DNA from: an uncultured bacterium
GTDB lineage: Bacteria; JAGRBM01; JAHCIT01
Length of the DNA stretch: 64,000 nt
Reading direction: 5' to 3'
Assembly (NCBI GenBank): GCA_964621525.1
Contig: CAZUMS010000007.1
Span: 2,015-66,014, forward strand
The translations under genes and the position numbers were made by a program. Positions 1 through 9,966 of the stretch are shown here, piece by piece; position 1 is the first letter of the stretch; each line of letters starts with the position of its first letter. The notes beneath the pieces were generated by a model that searched no databases, was not told where the DNA came from, and saw only the letters and a program-made list of their open reading frames with translations.

Positions 1-823
1 GGGATCCCGGTGATCTTCTCCGTCTGCTCGGCCGGCCACTGCTTCGCGATCCGCTCGGCGGCCTCGTAGTTCTTCATATATTTGCGGACCTTGGCCTGGT
101 CCACGCCACCGGTGGCGATCAGTTCGTTCAGGAACGACAGCAGGAAAAAGACATCCGTATCGGGCCGGATGAACACCTGCTCGCCGAGGTTCCGGGCCGA
201 CTCGGTCTTGCGCGGATTGATCCAGAATACCCTGCCACCCCGTTGCTCCACCGCCTTGATGCGTTCGATGGCCCTCGGCATGCTCACGAAACTCATCTGC
301 GAAATGGCCGGATTGGAGCCGACGATGATCGTGCATTCCGAGGCGTCTACGTCCGGGATCGGCTGAATGGCCGGGGAACCGTACATCCGGGTCGTCACGG
401 CGAACTTGTTGTTGCAGTCCTGCGAACCGGCGGAAAAAAAGTTCTTGCTCCCGATCCCGGCAAGGAACCCCTGTGAAAAGACGGGGTGTGTACCACTGAA
501 GGCGGCCGGATTACCCATGTACATGGCGATGGACGACGGCCCATGCGTCTTGCGGAGCGCCTTCACTTTCTCACCGATCTCGGCAAACGCACGGTCCCAG
601 GTGATGCGGACCCACTGGTTGCCCACGCGCTTCATGGGGTGACGGATCCGGTCGGGAGAGTGGTGAACCTCGCCGAACTTGATCCCCTTGATGCAGACGT
701 AACCCTGCGTGACCACATGATCGCGGTCTGGCTCCACCTTTACGATACGGTTGTCCTCGACGGTGACTTCAAGACCGCAGGCGGCTTCACAGATGCGGCA
801 GAAGGTAGTTTTGGTTTCAGCCA
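1..823 (-). CDS. Molybdopterin-dependent oxidoreductase (FdhF/NasA-like), N-terminal part; gene continues past window start
   Basis: Reverse-complement translation from ATG at 823 gives MAETKTTFCRICEAACGLEV...C, the N-terminal Cys4 [4Fe-4S] motif of molybdopterin oxidoreductases, followed by a MopB-like region (GSNPAIS..., RPDTD). No stop codon before position 1. Not in the ORF track because it is truncated by the window edge. Confidence 0.6.
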
Positions 824-864
824 TAACAGTGCTCCCCGGAACAAGAATCTGATCACTTCATAAA

Positions 865-878
865 TGACGCGCGCGTCA
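865..878. promoter_or_regulatory. Perfect 14-bp palindrome TGACGCGCGCGTCA about 40 bp upstream of the oxidoreductase start; candidate operator for a dimeric regulator
   Basis: Self-complementary sequence seen directly in the intergenic region between the divergent/convergent genes at 823 and 983. Confidence 0.3.
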
Positions 879-982
879 GTCTACAGAGATGCCTGCCCCG
901 GCACAAGCGAAAACAGGCGCCTCAAGGGGCATCCCGCCGGATGAGTCAGATCGAGGGAAATGTCTCTAAATTGGCGGGCCGC

Positions 983-1813
983 TCAGGCCACGTTCAAAAG
1001 GGTTTCGCGCGGCGCGACGAGCCGGATCAGGGTAATCTCGCTCGGGCAGTCACGGCGCCAGGGGACCGCCGTGTAGCCGAGGCCGCGGTTCACGTAGAGC
1101 TTCGAATGGTGCGGCTTTACCGGTGTGGGGCGAGTGAAACGGCCCCGGTCATAGGGTCCCAGCACATTGGCGATGTGCAACCGGCGGCCGGTCGGGAGCT
1201 CGAGCGAGAGCTGGCCGCCGTGGGTGTGGCCCGAAAGCTGAAGGTCGAACCCAAGTTTCGCCGCCACCGGGAAAGCATCCGGCCGGTGCGACAGAAGGAC
1301 ATGATACCGGGCAGGATCAAGCCCGCCCCGGGCGAACTCCGTAAGTTTCGGGTAGTCGTGAACGTCAGACAGCGCGGTCATCGGGTCGTCGATACCCCAC
1401 ACCGTGAGACCCGGCAGCGCATCCGACTCCCACTTCTCGCCGCGCAGAACGACCGCATGGGTTTTCTGCCGGTAAAGTTTTGTCAGCCGGTTAGGACCGA
1501 AATAGAAATCATGATTGCCGAGAATCGCAATCGTCGCCACGCGGGGGTTCAGGTTGTCGAACGGTTCGATATAGTCCGGCTCGTAAATCCGGTTCCAGTC
1601 CATGGCGTCGCCGGTAATGACGACAAGATCCGGCCGCAGGGCATTGATACGCTCGATGTTCTCCGCCCACTGCTCCGCCCGGTGGTAACGGCCGATGTGC
1701 AGGTCGGAAATCTGGACGATCTTCGTACCGTGAAGCCGGGTGAGATGGGCCGGCAGATCCTCGTAGACTTCGTCGATATGGGCCGGATCGGTATGGCGCT
1801 GCCAGAGGCTCAT
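983..1813 (-). CDS. Calcineurin-like metallophosphoesterase
   Basis: Motifs DLHIG, GDAMDW, GNHDFY and GHTHGGQ typical of the metallophosphatase fold. Confidence 0.75.
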   Translation of the reverse strand: MSLWQRHTDPAHIDEVYEDLPAHLTRLHGTKIVQISDLHIGRYHRAEQWAENIERINALRPDLVVITGDAMDWNRIYEPDYIEPFDNLNPRVATIAILGNHDFYFGPNRLTKLYRQKTHAVVLRGEKWESDALPGLTVWGIDDPMTALSDVHDYPKLTEFARGGLDPARYHVLLSHRPDAFPVAAKLGFDLQLSGHTHGGQLSLELPTGRRLHIANVLGPYDRGRFTRPTPVKPHHSKLYVNRGLGYTAVPWRRDCPSEITLIRLVAPRETLLNVA

Positions 1814-1883
1814 TCGGACTCCAGTGTAGGCCGCACGGCGGACCGTTCAAAAACGGGTTGTCCCCATGCCCGGCAAAGGGGTG

Positions 1884-1909
1884 CCCCCGCTCCGTTTCCG
1901 GAGCGGGGG
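1884..1909 (-). terminator. GC-rich hairpin (ccccgctccg-tttc-cggagcgggg) downstream of hsp20; putative terminator with a weak U-tract
   Basis: 10-bp perfect stem seen in sequence 40 nt after the hsp20 stop codon; no strong T-run. Confidence 0.3.
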
Positions 1910-1949
1910 CGTTCAGGGGGAGGGAACAATTCTGCCGTCAAGGCCTGCG

Positions 1950-2375
1950 TTAGTTCGCCTTGATGTCAATACGCTTCGGCTTGTCGGCCTCGCGCTTGGG
2001 GAGCGTCAGGGTGAGTACGCCGTCCTTCACCTTGGCTTCGACCTTCCCGTTGTCGATCTGGTACGGAAGCGTCACCGTACGGCTGAACTTGCCCAGGCTC
2101 CGCTCGCGGCGCACGTAATTATCCTTCTTCTCCTCGGATTCGGCCTTGCGCTCGCCGGCGACGTACACCGTGTCGCCTTCCACCGAAATCTCGAGATCCC
2201 CGGCCGGAACCCCCGGCACATCCATCTTCAGCACGTAGCCGTCAGCGGTCTCCACGGCGTCGATCGCCGGAACCGCCGTCGAAACGGCCGATGATGCGAA
2301 ATCGCCGAAAAAGCGGTCGAAATCCTGCCACGGGTTGCGGGCCTCGTAAGGCACCAGTCCTGAACGAAACAGCAT
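1950..2375 (-). CDS. Hsp20/alpha-crystallin small heat-shock protein
   Basis: Alpha-crystallin domain pattern (DV.E..D.Y......PG......I.V......L.I.G....); RBS AAGGAG 7 nt upstream of ATG. Confidence 0.85.
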   Translation of the reverse strand: MLFRSGLVPYEARNPWQDFDRFFGDFASSAVSTAVPAIDAVETADGYVLKMDVPGVPAGDLEISVEGDTVYVAGERKAESEEKKDNYVRRERSLGKFSRTVTLPYQIDNGKVEAKVKDGVLTLTLPKREADKPKRIDIKAN

Positions 2376-2621
2376 ATGAATACTCCTTTAATCCTGTCTG
2401 ACCGGCGGCCCTCCGCCGGGTTTCTGCCGCCAGTCCGCGGCGCACCGCTCATCTGTGTCCGCCCGGAAAGTTGTCAAGGGGCCGGATGCCGCTTCGGACA
2501 AAGATGAACGGAGTTTCACCGCCAGGATTGACGGCATGGGAGGCGTGGTTAGTTTCCGGGAAGCCCGGAAAAGAAACGGGCGGCCCTGAAGGCCGCCCGC
2601 TCCAGCTGTTTTCGGCGAATC

Positions 2622-3827
2622 TTATTTCAGGGTCTTTGCCGCGGCTTCGATGCGGTCCAGGCCCTTCGTGATCGCTTCCATCGAGGTCGCATACGACAGC
2701 CGCATGAATCCTTCGGCGCCGAACGGCCCGCCCGGAACCACCGCGACATTGTGCTCCTCGATCAGCCAGCCGGCGACGTCGATCGAGTTCGCCAGCGTCT
2801 TGCCGGCAGGGGTCTTCTTGCCGAGCAGTCCCTTGATGTTGGGGAATGCGTAGAAGGCCCCCTTCGGCGTAAAGCAGGAGATGCCGGGGATCGAGTTCAG
2901 GCGGCCGACGATATATTTGCGCCGCTTGTCGAACTCCGCCACCCAGCCGGTCAGGAACGAGTGGTCGCCGTTCAGCGCCGCGACGGAAGCCGCCTGCGCG
3001 ATCGACGTCGGGTTCGAGGTCGACTGTCCCTGGATCGTGTCCATGGCGGCGGTGAGCGCCTTCGGGGCGGCCGTAAATCCAATGCGCCAGCCGGTCATCG
3101 AGTAGGCCTTGCTCATGCCGTTGCAGATCACCGTGCGCTCGCGCCAGGCGGGCGAGATCGTGGCGATCGAGAAGAACGCCATGCCGTCGTAGGTCAGTTT
3201 CTCGTAGATGTCGTCAGAAACCACCCAGATATCCGAGTGCTTTTCCAGCACGGCGGCGAGGGCGCGGATCTGGGCTTCCGTGTACATGCCGCCCGTCGGG
3301 TTGGACGGCGAGTTCAGCACGAATATCTTCGTCTTCGGCGTGATCGCCTTTTCGAGTTCCTGCGGCGTCATGCAGAAGCCGTTCGACTCCTGCGTCTCGA
3401 CGCATACCGGGGTGCCGCCGCAGAAGGCCACCATTTCGGGGTAGCTCACCCAGTAGGGAGCCGGGATGATGACCTCCTCGCCCTCCTCGATCAGCGCCAT
3501 GAAGATGTTGAACAGGCTGTGTTTGCCGCCCACGGATACAAGGATTTCCCCCGGCGTGAACTCCAGCCTGTAGTCGCGCTTGAACTTGGCGACGATGGCT
3601 TCCTTCAGCTCTTTCGTGCCGCCCACGGGCGTGTATTTCGTCTGGCCCTTGTCGAGCGCCGTCTTGGCCGCGTTCTTGATGTGGTCGGGCGTGTCGAAGT
3701 CCGGTTCACCGGCGCCGAAGCCGACGACATCGATCCCCTTGGCCTTCAGCTCATTCGCTTTCGCCGTAATGGCGAGGGTAGCCGAGGGCTGGATCTTGTG
3801 GTTGCGGGAAGCGAGCTTGAGCTTCAT
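2622..3827 (-). CDS. Class I PLP-dependent aminotransferase (aspartate aminotransferase family)
   Basis: NSPSNPTG and SKAYSMTGWRIG (PLP-lysine) motifs. Start placed at MKLKLAS (ATG 3825-3827, RBS GGAG upstream); the ORF-track N-terminal extension to 3956 is rejected. Confidence 0.8.
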   Translation of the reverse strand: MKLKLASRNHKIQPSATLAITAKANELKAKGIDVVGFGAGEPDFDTPDHIKNAAKTALDKGQTKYTPVGGTKELKEAIVAKFKRDYRLEFTPGEILVSVGGKHSLFNIFMALIEEGEEVIIPAPYWVSYPEMVAFCGGTPVCVETQESNGFCMTPQELEKAITPKTKIFVLNSPSNPTGGMYTEAQIRALAAVLEKHSDIWVVSDDIYEKLTYDGMAFFSIATISPAWRERTVICNGMSKAYSMTGWRIGFTAAPKALTAAMDTIQGQSTSNPTSIAQAASVAALNGDHSFLTGWVAEFDKRRKYIVGRLNSIPGISCFTPKGAFYAFPNIKGLLGKKTPAGKTLANSIDVAGWLIEEHNVAVVPGGPFGAEGFMRLSYATSMEAITKGLDRIEAAAKTLK

Positions 3828-3915
3828 GGGGACTCCGTTGCCACCGGCCCGTCGGGGCCCGGTTGGGAGCCCTTCCCTAGCCGGTAGGGAAGTTCCGCTC
3901 AAGAAGGGAGAATGG

Positions 3916-4398
3916 TCAGTTTTTCCGCAATTTTGCCCGGAGCTGTTTCTCGACACTTTCGGGGATCATGCCGTGGGTCTCTCCGCCGAGCTTGACGATC
4001 TCCTTGATGAGCGTGCTGGAGAGGTGGGAGTAGCGGCTATCGGTCACCATGAACAGGGTTTCGGTCTCAGGGCGCATCTGCTTGTTGGAGAGCGCCATCT
4101 GGAACTCGTACTCGAAGTCGGAGAACGACCGGACGCCACGGATGATGATGGTCGCTCCGCGTTTGGCCATGAAGTCCACGAGCAGGCCGTCAAAGAGTTC
4201 GACCGAGACGTTGCCCAGTGGCTTCACAAGCTCGCCGACCATCGTCACCCGCTCCTGCGGCGTGAAGACCGCATTTTTCGAGGTGTTGTTCGCGATCGTG
4301 ATAATGAGCTTTTCGGCGACCCGGGAGGCCCGCTCGATGACGTTCAGGTGTCCGTTGGTCGGCGGATCAAAGGATCCCGCGTAGACGGCGGTTTTCAA
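3916..4398 (-). CDS. coaD: Phosphopantetheine adenylyltransferase
   Basis: MKTAVYAGSFDPPTNGHL N-terminus (nucleotidyltransferase H/T-x-G-H motif), about 160 aa. Confidence 0.85.
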   Translation of the reverse strand: MKTAVYAGSFDPPTNGHLNVIERASRVAEKLIITIANNTSKNAVFTPQERVTMVGELVKPLGNVSVELFDGLLVDFMAKRGATIIIRGVRSFSDFEYEFQMALSNKQMRPETETLFMVTDSRYSHLSSTLIKEIVKLGGETHGMIPESVEKQLRAKLRKN

Positions 4399-4991
4399 GG
4401 CGTTATGCCCTCCCCCGGCTTCACCTCGTACACTGTCACGCCGGTATCGCCCCAGGCGTGCGTGGATACGGGCACAAGCCTTCCGGCCGCTGCGCCGGCA
4501 TCCGGAGGGTGTTTCTGCGGATGCTCGATCACAACGACCGAACCGGGCGGAATGCTAACTGACGAACTCGTCAAGGCAAGGAGTTCGCTGTAATCGGTGC
4601 CCGTATAGGGGGGATCGGCGAACACAAGGAGACTACCGCCGGACGGCGCCTTCCGGAGGTATTGAACGACCCTCAGCGGTTCCAGGACTGCCCGGTCATC
4701 CACGCCGAGGGACCGGATGTTCCCGAGAATCGTCCGCTGGGCATCCCGGTCGGATTCCACAAATATCGCCCGCGGAACGCCCCGGGATAAGGCCTCAAGA
4801 CCGAGTGCTCCGCTTCCCGCATAAAGGTCCAGAGCAGCGGAGAAGCTCTCCCAGCTACGGCCGGTCTTCGCAAACAGGCTGGTCAGTACGTTGAACACCG
4901 CCCCCCGGACCTTGTCCGAAGTCGGCCGTGTGCGCCCGGACGCGGGGGCACTCAGGGGCCGGGAGCGGAATTCGCCGGCGACAATACGCAT
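4395..4991 (-). CDS. rsmD: 16S rRNA (guanine966-N2)-methyltransferase RsmD
   Basis: RsmD-like N-terminus (RIVAGEFRSRPL), SAM-binding DLYAGSGALG and DPPY motif; ATGA overlap with coaD. Confidence 0.75.
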   Translation of the reverse strand: MRIVAGEFRSRPLSAPASGRTRPTSDKVRGAVFNVLTSLFAKTGRSWESFSAALDLYAGSGALGLEALSRGVPRAIFVESDRDAQRTILGNIRSLGVDDRAVLEPLRVVQYLRKAPSGGSLLVFADPPYTGTDYSELLALTSSSVSIPPGSVVVIEHPQKHPPDAGAAAGRLVPVSTHAWGDTGVTVYEVKPGEGITP

Positions 4992-5052
4992 GAGAAGGGT
5001 CCCCGCAGGGGGCCTCCGCCCCGCCAGAGCGGGACGGAGGCCATGATAGCGG

Positions 5053-6615
5053 TTAGTCCTTCAGGTGCGCGTTGCGGCGCAGGAACGTCGGGACTTCCAG
5101 GTTCCCGAGTTCCGTCGAGGGGTTCGAGAACCGGCGCCGTCCCGTCACCGAACCGCCCGGCGGGCTGGACTGTGCCGGGGACGCCACGCGGGTCTGGGTC
5201 GAATCCAGATCCTTCGAGGTGTCCTCGAACAGGTTCGCCGCTTCTCGGGGGTTCGGGGTCATGCGGGTCATCTCGCCATTCGGCATCGTCACGCGGATCG
5301 AGGCCGGGGGGGGCGGCGTCGTCATCACCGTGGCGGCCGGGTTTGCGCCGGTCCAGGCGGGCCCCTGCGCCGGGTACACCCGCTGGCCGCGATCCACGGC
5401 CGGAATCGGTGCCGTGAGGCGCTGGCCCGGCTGGACCTGGGGCTGCACGGCGGCAGCCGTCTGGAAGCCGGTCGCCACGACCGTCACCCGGACATGTTCG
5501 CCCATCGATTCGTCGATCACCGCACCAACGATGATGTTGGCGTCCTCGTGAGCGGCCTTCTGGATCAGCGAGGTCGCCTCGTCCAGTTCGGCGAGCGCGA
5601 AGTCCGACGAACCCGTCACGTTGATCAGTACGCCCATGGCACCGTGAATCGACACTTCGTCGAGCAGCGGCGAGTTCACCGCCATCCGGGCGGCCTCGAC
5701 CGCACGGTTCTCGCCCTTGGCCATGCCCGTGCCCATGAGCGCGAGGCCAGCTCCACTCATGATCGTCCGCACGTCGGCGAAGTCCACGTTCACGAGGCCG
5801 CTTTCGGTCACGATGTCGGCGATACCTTTCACGGCCTGGCCGAGCACCTCGTCCGCCTTCATGAAGGCCGCCTTCATTGTCATCTTGTTCCCTGCCAGCG
5901 CGAGGAGCCGGGAGTTCGGGATTGTCACGAGCGCGTCGACGGCCTGCCGGAGCTCGGCGATGCCGGCCTCGGCGTTCCTGGCACGCGGACGGCCCTCGAA
6001 CGGGAATGGGCGGGTCACGACGCCCACGGTGAGAGCCCCGCACTCACGCGCGATCTGGGCGATCACCGGAGCGGCCCCCGTACCTGTACCGCCGCCCATC
6101 CCGGCGGTGACGAACACCATGTCGGCTCCCTGGAGCGCCTCGCGGATCCGCTCGCGGTCCTCGAGGGCCGCCTGGCGGCCCATGTCGGGCCGCGCACCCG
6201 CACCCAGGCCCCGCGTGCAGTCCCGGCCGATTTGCACCTTGACCTTCGGCATCGAACGTTCGAGCGCCTGGAGGTCCGTATTGGCGCTAATGAAATCGAC
6301 GCTGTGGACCATCTCCGCGGCGATCATGGAGTTCACGGCGTTGCAGCCGGCTCCGCCCACACCGATCACCTTGATGCTGACCTGGTGCGAGGTCTGCGGT
6401 ATTTCATCGAACTGGAACGAGCGGGCGGGCGCGACGGAAGCGACCGTCACCGGCTCCTCCGGCGCGTGCATCCCGTCCATGAGGGCTTCCGGACTCTGGA
6501 TGCCGTCGTCGATCACCTCAACCTCGTCGTATTCCTCGCCCTCGGGGCGCGGAAAATCGAGGCTCAGGTTCCCCGGTGATCCTTCTTCGTCCTCAAACTT
6601 GAATTTCTCCTTCAT
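5053..6615 (-). CDS. ftsZ: Cell division GTPase FtsZ with long Pro-rich C-terminal linker and conserved C-terminal peptide
   Basis: Tubulin signature GGGTGTG, T7 loop, C-terminal LEVPTFLRR tail; last gene of the dcw cluster. Confidence 0.95.
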   Translation of the reverse strand: MKEKFKFEDEEGSPGNLSLDFPRPEGEEYDEVEVIDDGIQSPEALMDGMHAPEEPVTVASVAPARSFQFDEIPQTSHQVSIKVIGVGGAGCNAVNSMIAAEMVHSVDFISANTDLQALERSMPKVKVQIGRDCTRGLGAGARPDMGRQAALEDRERIREALQGADMVFVTAGMGGGTGTGAAPVIAQIARECGALTVGVVTRPFPFEGRPRARNAEAGIAELRQAVDALVTIPNSRLLALAGNKMTMKAAFMKADEVLGQAVKGIADIVTESGLVNVDFADVRTIMSGAGLALMGTGMAKGENRAVEAARMAVNSPLLDEVSIHGAMGVLINVTGSSDFALAELDEATSLIQKAAHEDANIIVGAVIDESMGEHVRVTVVATGFQTAAAVQPQVQPGQRLTAPIPAVDRGQRVYPAQGPAWTGANPAATVMTTPPPPASIRVTMPNGEMTRMTPNPREAANLFEDTSKDLDSTQTRVASPAQSSPPGGSVTGRRRFSNPSTELGNLEVPTFLRRNAHLKD

Positions 6616-6737
6616 GACTTCTCGCTTATCTCCCTGCGTCCGGCTTGGCTGTATGGGCGCCGGACAGGCCCGCCCTCGGATATCTCCCCCGCCCGTCCGC
6701 GAACCCCCCGGTCCGCCTTCGGGCGATAAAGAACGTT

Positions 6738-7982
6738 TTAGAAAAACTCTGCGAACGTCTCCCGGACTCCGCGCCCGAGACGCGAGAACAGGCCGTCGCC
6801 CGCCCCCCGCCGGCCGCCCGCACGGGCACCGGCTCCGAACATCCGGTACTTGCTGCCGTACTGAACCAGGCCGATCGGCGTCGCGAAGCGCGGGTCATGG
6901 ACCATGTCCACAAGCCCGCCGATGCCGGAGGGCTCGCCCACCCGCGCCGGCAGGTCGAGCACGCGCTCGGCCACATCCGCGATACCTGCAAGCGAGGCCG
7001 TTCCGCCGGTGATGACACAGCCGGCGGCCAGCAGGTTCTTGAATCCCGAACGGATCAGTTCGCTGTCAATCAGCGTGAAAATCTCGTCCACGCGCGGTTC
7101 GACGATCTGGGCGAGCGTCTTGCGCTCCACGCGGCGCGGCGGGCGGCCGCCCACGCCCGAAACCTCGATCATCTCTTCGTCGGCGACCATCGACAGGCTC
7201 GCGCAGCCGTGCTGGATCTTGACCTTTTCGGCCTCCTGACTCGGCGTACGGAGCCCCTGCGCGACGTCCTTGGTAATATGCTGGCCCGCCACCGGAACCA
7301 CCGCGGTATGCCGGATCGCTCCGTTGATGTAGATGGCGATGTCGCAGGTGCCGCCACCGATGTCGAACAGGGCGACGCCGAGTTCCTTCTCATCGGGCGT
7401 AAGCACCGCCTCCCCGGAAGCGATCTGGGTAAGCACGATATCGGAGACGTGCAGCCCCGAACGGTGGCAGCTTTTCATGATGTTCTGCACGCTGGAGGCG
7501 AGTCCGGTGACGATGTGGACCCGGGCCTCAAGCCGGACGGCACTCATGCCCAGCGGATCGCGCACGTTGTCCTGGTCGTCAACGATGAAATCCTGCGGCA
7601 GGATGTGGACGATCTCCCGGTCGGCCGGCAGCGGAACGGCGCGGGCGGCTTCGACGACGCGCTGGATATCCACGTCGCGGATCTCGTTGTTCTTCACCGC
7701 GATAAGGCCGGTAGAATTGAACCCCTTGATGTGCGAGCCCGCGATACCGGCGTATACCGACTCGACCTTCACCCCCGACATCGTCTCGACTTCGTAGAGG
7801 GCGTGCTTGATCGCTTCGACCGTGTGCTCGATGTTGACGACCACGCCCCGGGAAAGCCCCCGGGACGGTGCCGTTCCGACGCCCACCACTTCGAGCTCGT
7901 TGTCGCGTATCTCGGCAACGACCGCACAGACCTTTGTCGTTCCGATATCGAGCCCCGCGAGAATCTCCTCACGCTTTGCCAT
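6738..7982 (-). CDS. ftsA: Cell division protein FtsA (actin-like ATPase)
   Basis: [16 protein letters not shown] phosphate-1 motif, [12 protein letters not shown], position between ftsQ and ftsZ. Confidence 0.9.
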   Translation of the reverse strand: MAKREEILAGLDIGTTKVCAVVAEIRDNELEVVGVGTAPSRGLSRGVVVNIEHTVEAIKHALYEVETMSGVKVESVYAGIAGSHIKGFNSTGLIAVKNNEIRDVDIQRVVEAARAVPLPADREIVHILPQDFIVDDQDNVRDPLGMSAVRLEARVHIVTGLASSVQNIMKSCHRSGLHVSDIVLTQIASGEAVLTPDEKELGVALFDIGGGTCDIAIYINGAIRHTAVVPVAGQHITKDVAQGLRTPSQEAEKVKIQHGCASLSMVADEEMIEVSGVGGRPPRRVERKTLAQIVEPRVDEIFTLIDSELIRSGFKNLLAAGCVITGGTASLAGIADVAERVLDLPARVGEPSGIGGLVDMVHDPRFATPIGLVQYGSKYRMFGAGARAGGRRGAGDGLFSRLGRGVRETFAEFF

Positions 7983-8041
7983 GGCTATCTCCCTGATTTT
8001 CCTGCGCCGTCCGGTGCTCCTTTAGCCCTCTGTGCCTTTTC

Positions 8042-8983
8042 TCAAATCTCTAGACTTTTCTTCTGTCCGGCCGCTCCCGGCGCGCTGCCCGCACCCGGAA
8101 GCTGGACCGGTATCTCGCGCGGGCCGGCCGGCTGGATCCCCGCCCCGCCGCCCGGACCAGCCGGGTCCGCCGCCGGAGGCGTGCGCAGCTTGAGCACGGC
8201 CATCCGCTGCGATCGGAAGTCGATGGAGCCGACATCGAGGCCCCGGTCCTCCAGGTCGAGAAAAATCGCCTGAAGCTGTTTCCACTTGACGTCCCACGGC
8301 ACCAGGCCGAGGTGTACCACCGGCACCGCCTCCGACGAATAGAGCGACATGCCCCGGCCCGCCTCCCAGCGGATCTCCTCGAGCGAGTCGAGATCGGGGC
8401 GGCCGCCCCTTCCGATCAGCGCCAGCAACGCGACCGCATCCGAGACGGCTTCAAGCGAAGCGGCGTCCTTGCGCCGGATCTGGGCGATGTCGATACCCGT
8501 GAGGATGGGGAAGTCGGTATTGTCGGAATCCCGGACCGTCTTGAAGACCTTGCCGGCAGACGACACGTAGTAGAGACCGCCGCTCTGGAGGATCGCCACC
8601 GGAACGTGCTCGGTGACATCGACGACCAGCGTCGAGGGAAGACGGCGGTATACCCGGGCCGAGGCCACCCAGGGGTGCTTTTCCACGTCTTCCTTGAGGC
8701 GCCCCAGTTCCAGCTTGAACAGGTTCTGGTCCGGACCGAGCGCCAGCAGTCCGGCGATGTCGCCCGCCGCCGCCCGTTCGTTATGCAGCACGATCACCTG
8801 CTTCACGTTGAAATGCGGGCTCTCGCTCACCGCCCGCCAGAGGGCGTAGCCGCCGCCCACGAACACCCCGGCCGCAAGCAGCGCCACCAGAAGCCCCGCT
8901 CCGGCACGGAGCAGCGGGCTCCGGCCCTCCCGGGGCTTCTTCCGGCGATTGGCCGGACGGCGCAGGGTGATCGTGCGGTTCAT
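8042..8983 (-). CDS. ftsQ: Cell division protein FtsQ/DivIB (POTRA domain)
   Basis: Single N-terminal TM helix plus POTRA-like region; conserved position between ddl and ftsA. Start set at MNRTITL (ATG 8981-8983) abutting the ddl stop. Confidence 0.75.
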   Translation of the reverse strand: MNRTITLRRPANRRKKPREGRSPLLRAGAGLLVALLAAGVFVGGGYALWRAVSESPHFNVKQVIVLHNERAAAGDIAGLLALGPDQNLFKLELGRLKEDVEKHPWVASARVYRRLPSTLVVDVTEHVPVAILQSGGLYYVSSAGKVFKTVRDSDNTDFPILTGIDIAQIRRKDAASLEAVSDAVALLALIGRGGRPDLDSLEEIRWEAGRGMSLYSSEAVPVVHLGLVPWDVKWKQLQAIFLDLEDRGLDVGSIDFRSQRMAVLKLRTPPAADPAGPGGGAGIQPAGPREIPVQLPGAGSAPGAAGQKKSLEI

Positions 8984-8984
8984 C

Positions 8985-9959
8985 TCAGCGCTTCTTTCCC
9001 TTTCCGCCGAGCTTGAGCGATGCGGTGTCCAGTATCCGTTCGCAGAGCTGCGGGAACGGGATTCCGGCCCGCGCCGCAATCTTGGGGACGAGGGACAGCT
9101 CGGTCATTCCGGGCAGTGTGTTCACCTCGAGGACGTAGTTCTCGAACGTGTCGGTCACGATGAAATCGATCCGCGAGAGGCCGTCGCAGCCTGTCACCTT
9201 GTGAGCGAGGATCGCGTCGGCCGAAAGCCGGTGCTCGATCACCGTATCGAGCGGGGCCGGAACCAGATACTCGGTCTCGCCCTTCGTATATTTCGCCTTG
9301 TAGTCGTAGAACTCGCGACGGGTACGGATCTCGACCGTTCCGAGGGCACGGTCCCCGAGGACGGCAACGGCGATTTCGCGGCCCTTCACGTACCGCTCGA
9401 CGATGACCTTCTGGCTGTAACCGAATGCGTCGCGCAGTGCATCGGCGAGCTTCGCCCGGGTCTTCACGATGGAAACGCCGACGGACGAGCCCTCGTCATT
9501 GGGTTTGACCACGACCGGGTAGCCGAACGGCGAATTATAGGCCTTCGCGGCTGCCGGGGTCCCGTACTGACGGACATCCAGTTCCACGAACGGCGCTTCG
9601 GTCAGGCCAGCCGCGCGGAAAATCTTCTTTGCCGCCGCTTTGTCCATGCTGATGGCCGCCGAGGTGACACCGGGGCCTGTGTACGGAATACCGGCGATCT
9701 CGAGGAGCCCCTGGACGCAGCCGTCCTCGCCGTACTTGCCGTGGAGGGCATTGAACACGACGTCCACCTTCTTCTGAATCAGGACCTGGGCGAGATCGCG
9801 GCCTGCATCGATATCGACGACGCTATAGCCGAGACTCTTCAGTGCGCCGGAAATGGCCTTACCCGAGCGGAGCGAGACGTCACGCTCGCTCGAGAGTCCG
9901 CCCATGAGGACTCCGACCTTTTTCTGCTTCCAGGGATGTTCCGCTGCCATGTGACTCAT
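8985..9959 (-). CDS. ddl: D-alanine--D-alanine ligase
   Basis: KVGVLMGGLSSEREVSLRSG N-terminus, ATP-grasp motifs. Start chosen at ATG 9957-9959 with RBS AAAGGA; the ORF-track TTG at 9992 is less likely. Confidence 0.9.
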   Translation of the reverse strand: MSHMAAEHPWKQKKVGVLMGGLSSERDVSLRSGKAISGALKSLGYSVVDIDAGRDLAQVLIQKKVDVVFNALHGKYGEDGCVQGLLEIAGIPYTGPGVTSAAISMDKAAAKKIFRAAGLTEAPFVELDVRQYGTPAAAKAYNSPFGYPVVVKPNDEGSSVGVSIVKTRAKLADALRDAFGYSQKVIVERYVKGREIAVAVLGDRALGTVEIRTRREFYDYKAKYTKGETEYLVPAPLDTVIEHRLSADAILAHKVTGCDGLSRIDFIVTDTFENYVLEVNTLPGMTELSLVPKIAARAGIPFPQLCERILDTASLKLGGKGKKR

Positions 9960-9966
9960 AATCCTT

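Noticed and set aside
941-1963. 340-aa plus-strand ORF overlapping the metallophosphoesterase and hsp20 region
   Set aside because: No recognisable motifs. The opposite strand has clear metallophosphatase signatures.
2466-2500. sigma-32-like heat-shock promoter upstream of hsp20 (cttgaca…cacagatg)
   Set aside because: -35-like CTTGACA is present, but the -10 region does not match CCCCATNT or TATAAT at proper spacing. Left unannotated.
2751-3887. 378-aa plus-strand ORF antisense to the aminotransferase
   Set aside because: Arg/Asp/Gly-rich antisense artefact. The aminotransferase frame carries the PLP-lysine motif.
3828-3956. N-terminal extensions in the ORF track for the aminotransferase (3828-3956), ftsQ (8984-9079), murE (20120-20332), GIY-YIG (47392-47481) and ParA (54946-55005)
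   Set aside because: Extensions overlap upstream genes or lack homology to family N-termini. Internal ATGs with RBS match conserved N-terminal motifs.
4952-6043. 363-aa minus-strand ORF in an alternate frame across the rsmD/ftsZ junction
   Set aside because: Arg/Gly/Pro-rich nonsense sequence overlapping two well-supported genes. High-GC frame artefact.
5065-6579. 504-aa plus-strand ORF (and 5072..5551, 5043..5417) antisense to ftsZ
   Set aside because: Arg/Gly/His-rich low-complexity translation typical of antisense frames in high-GC DNA. The opposite strand encodes a textbook FtsZ.
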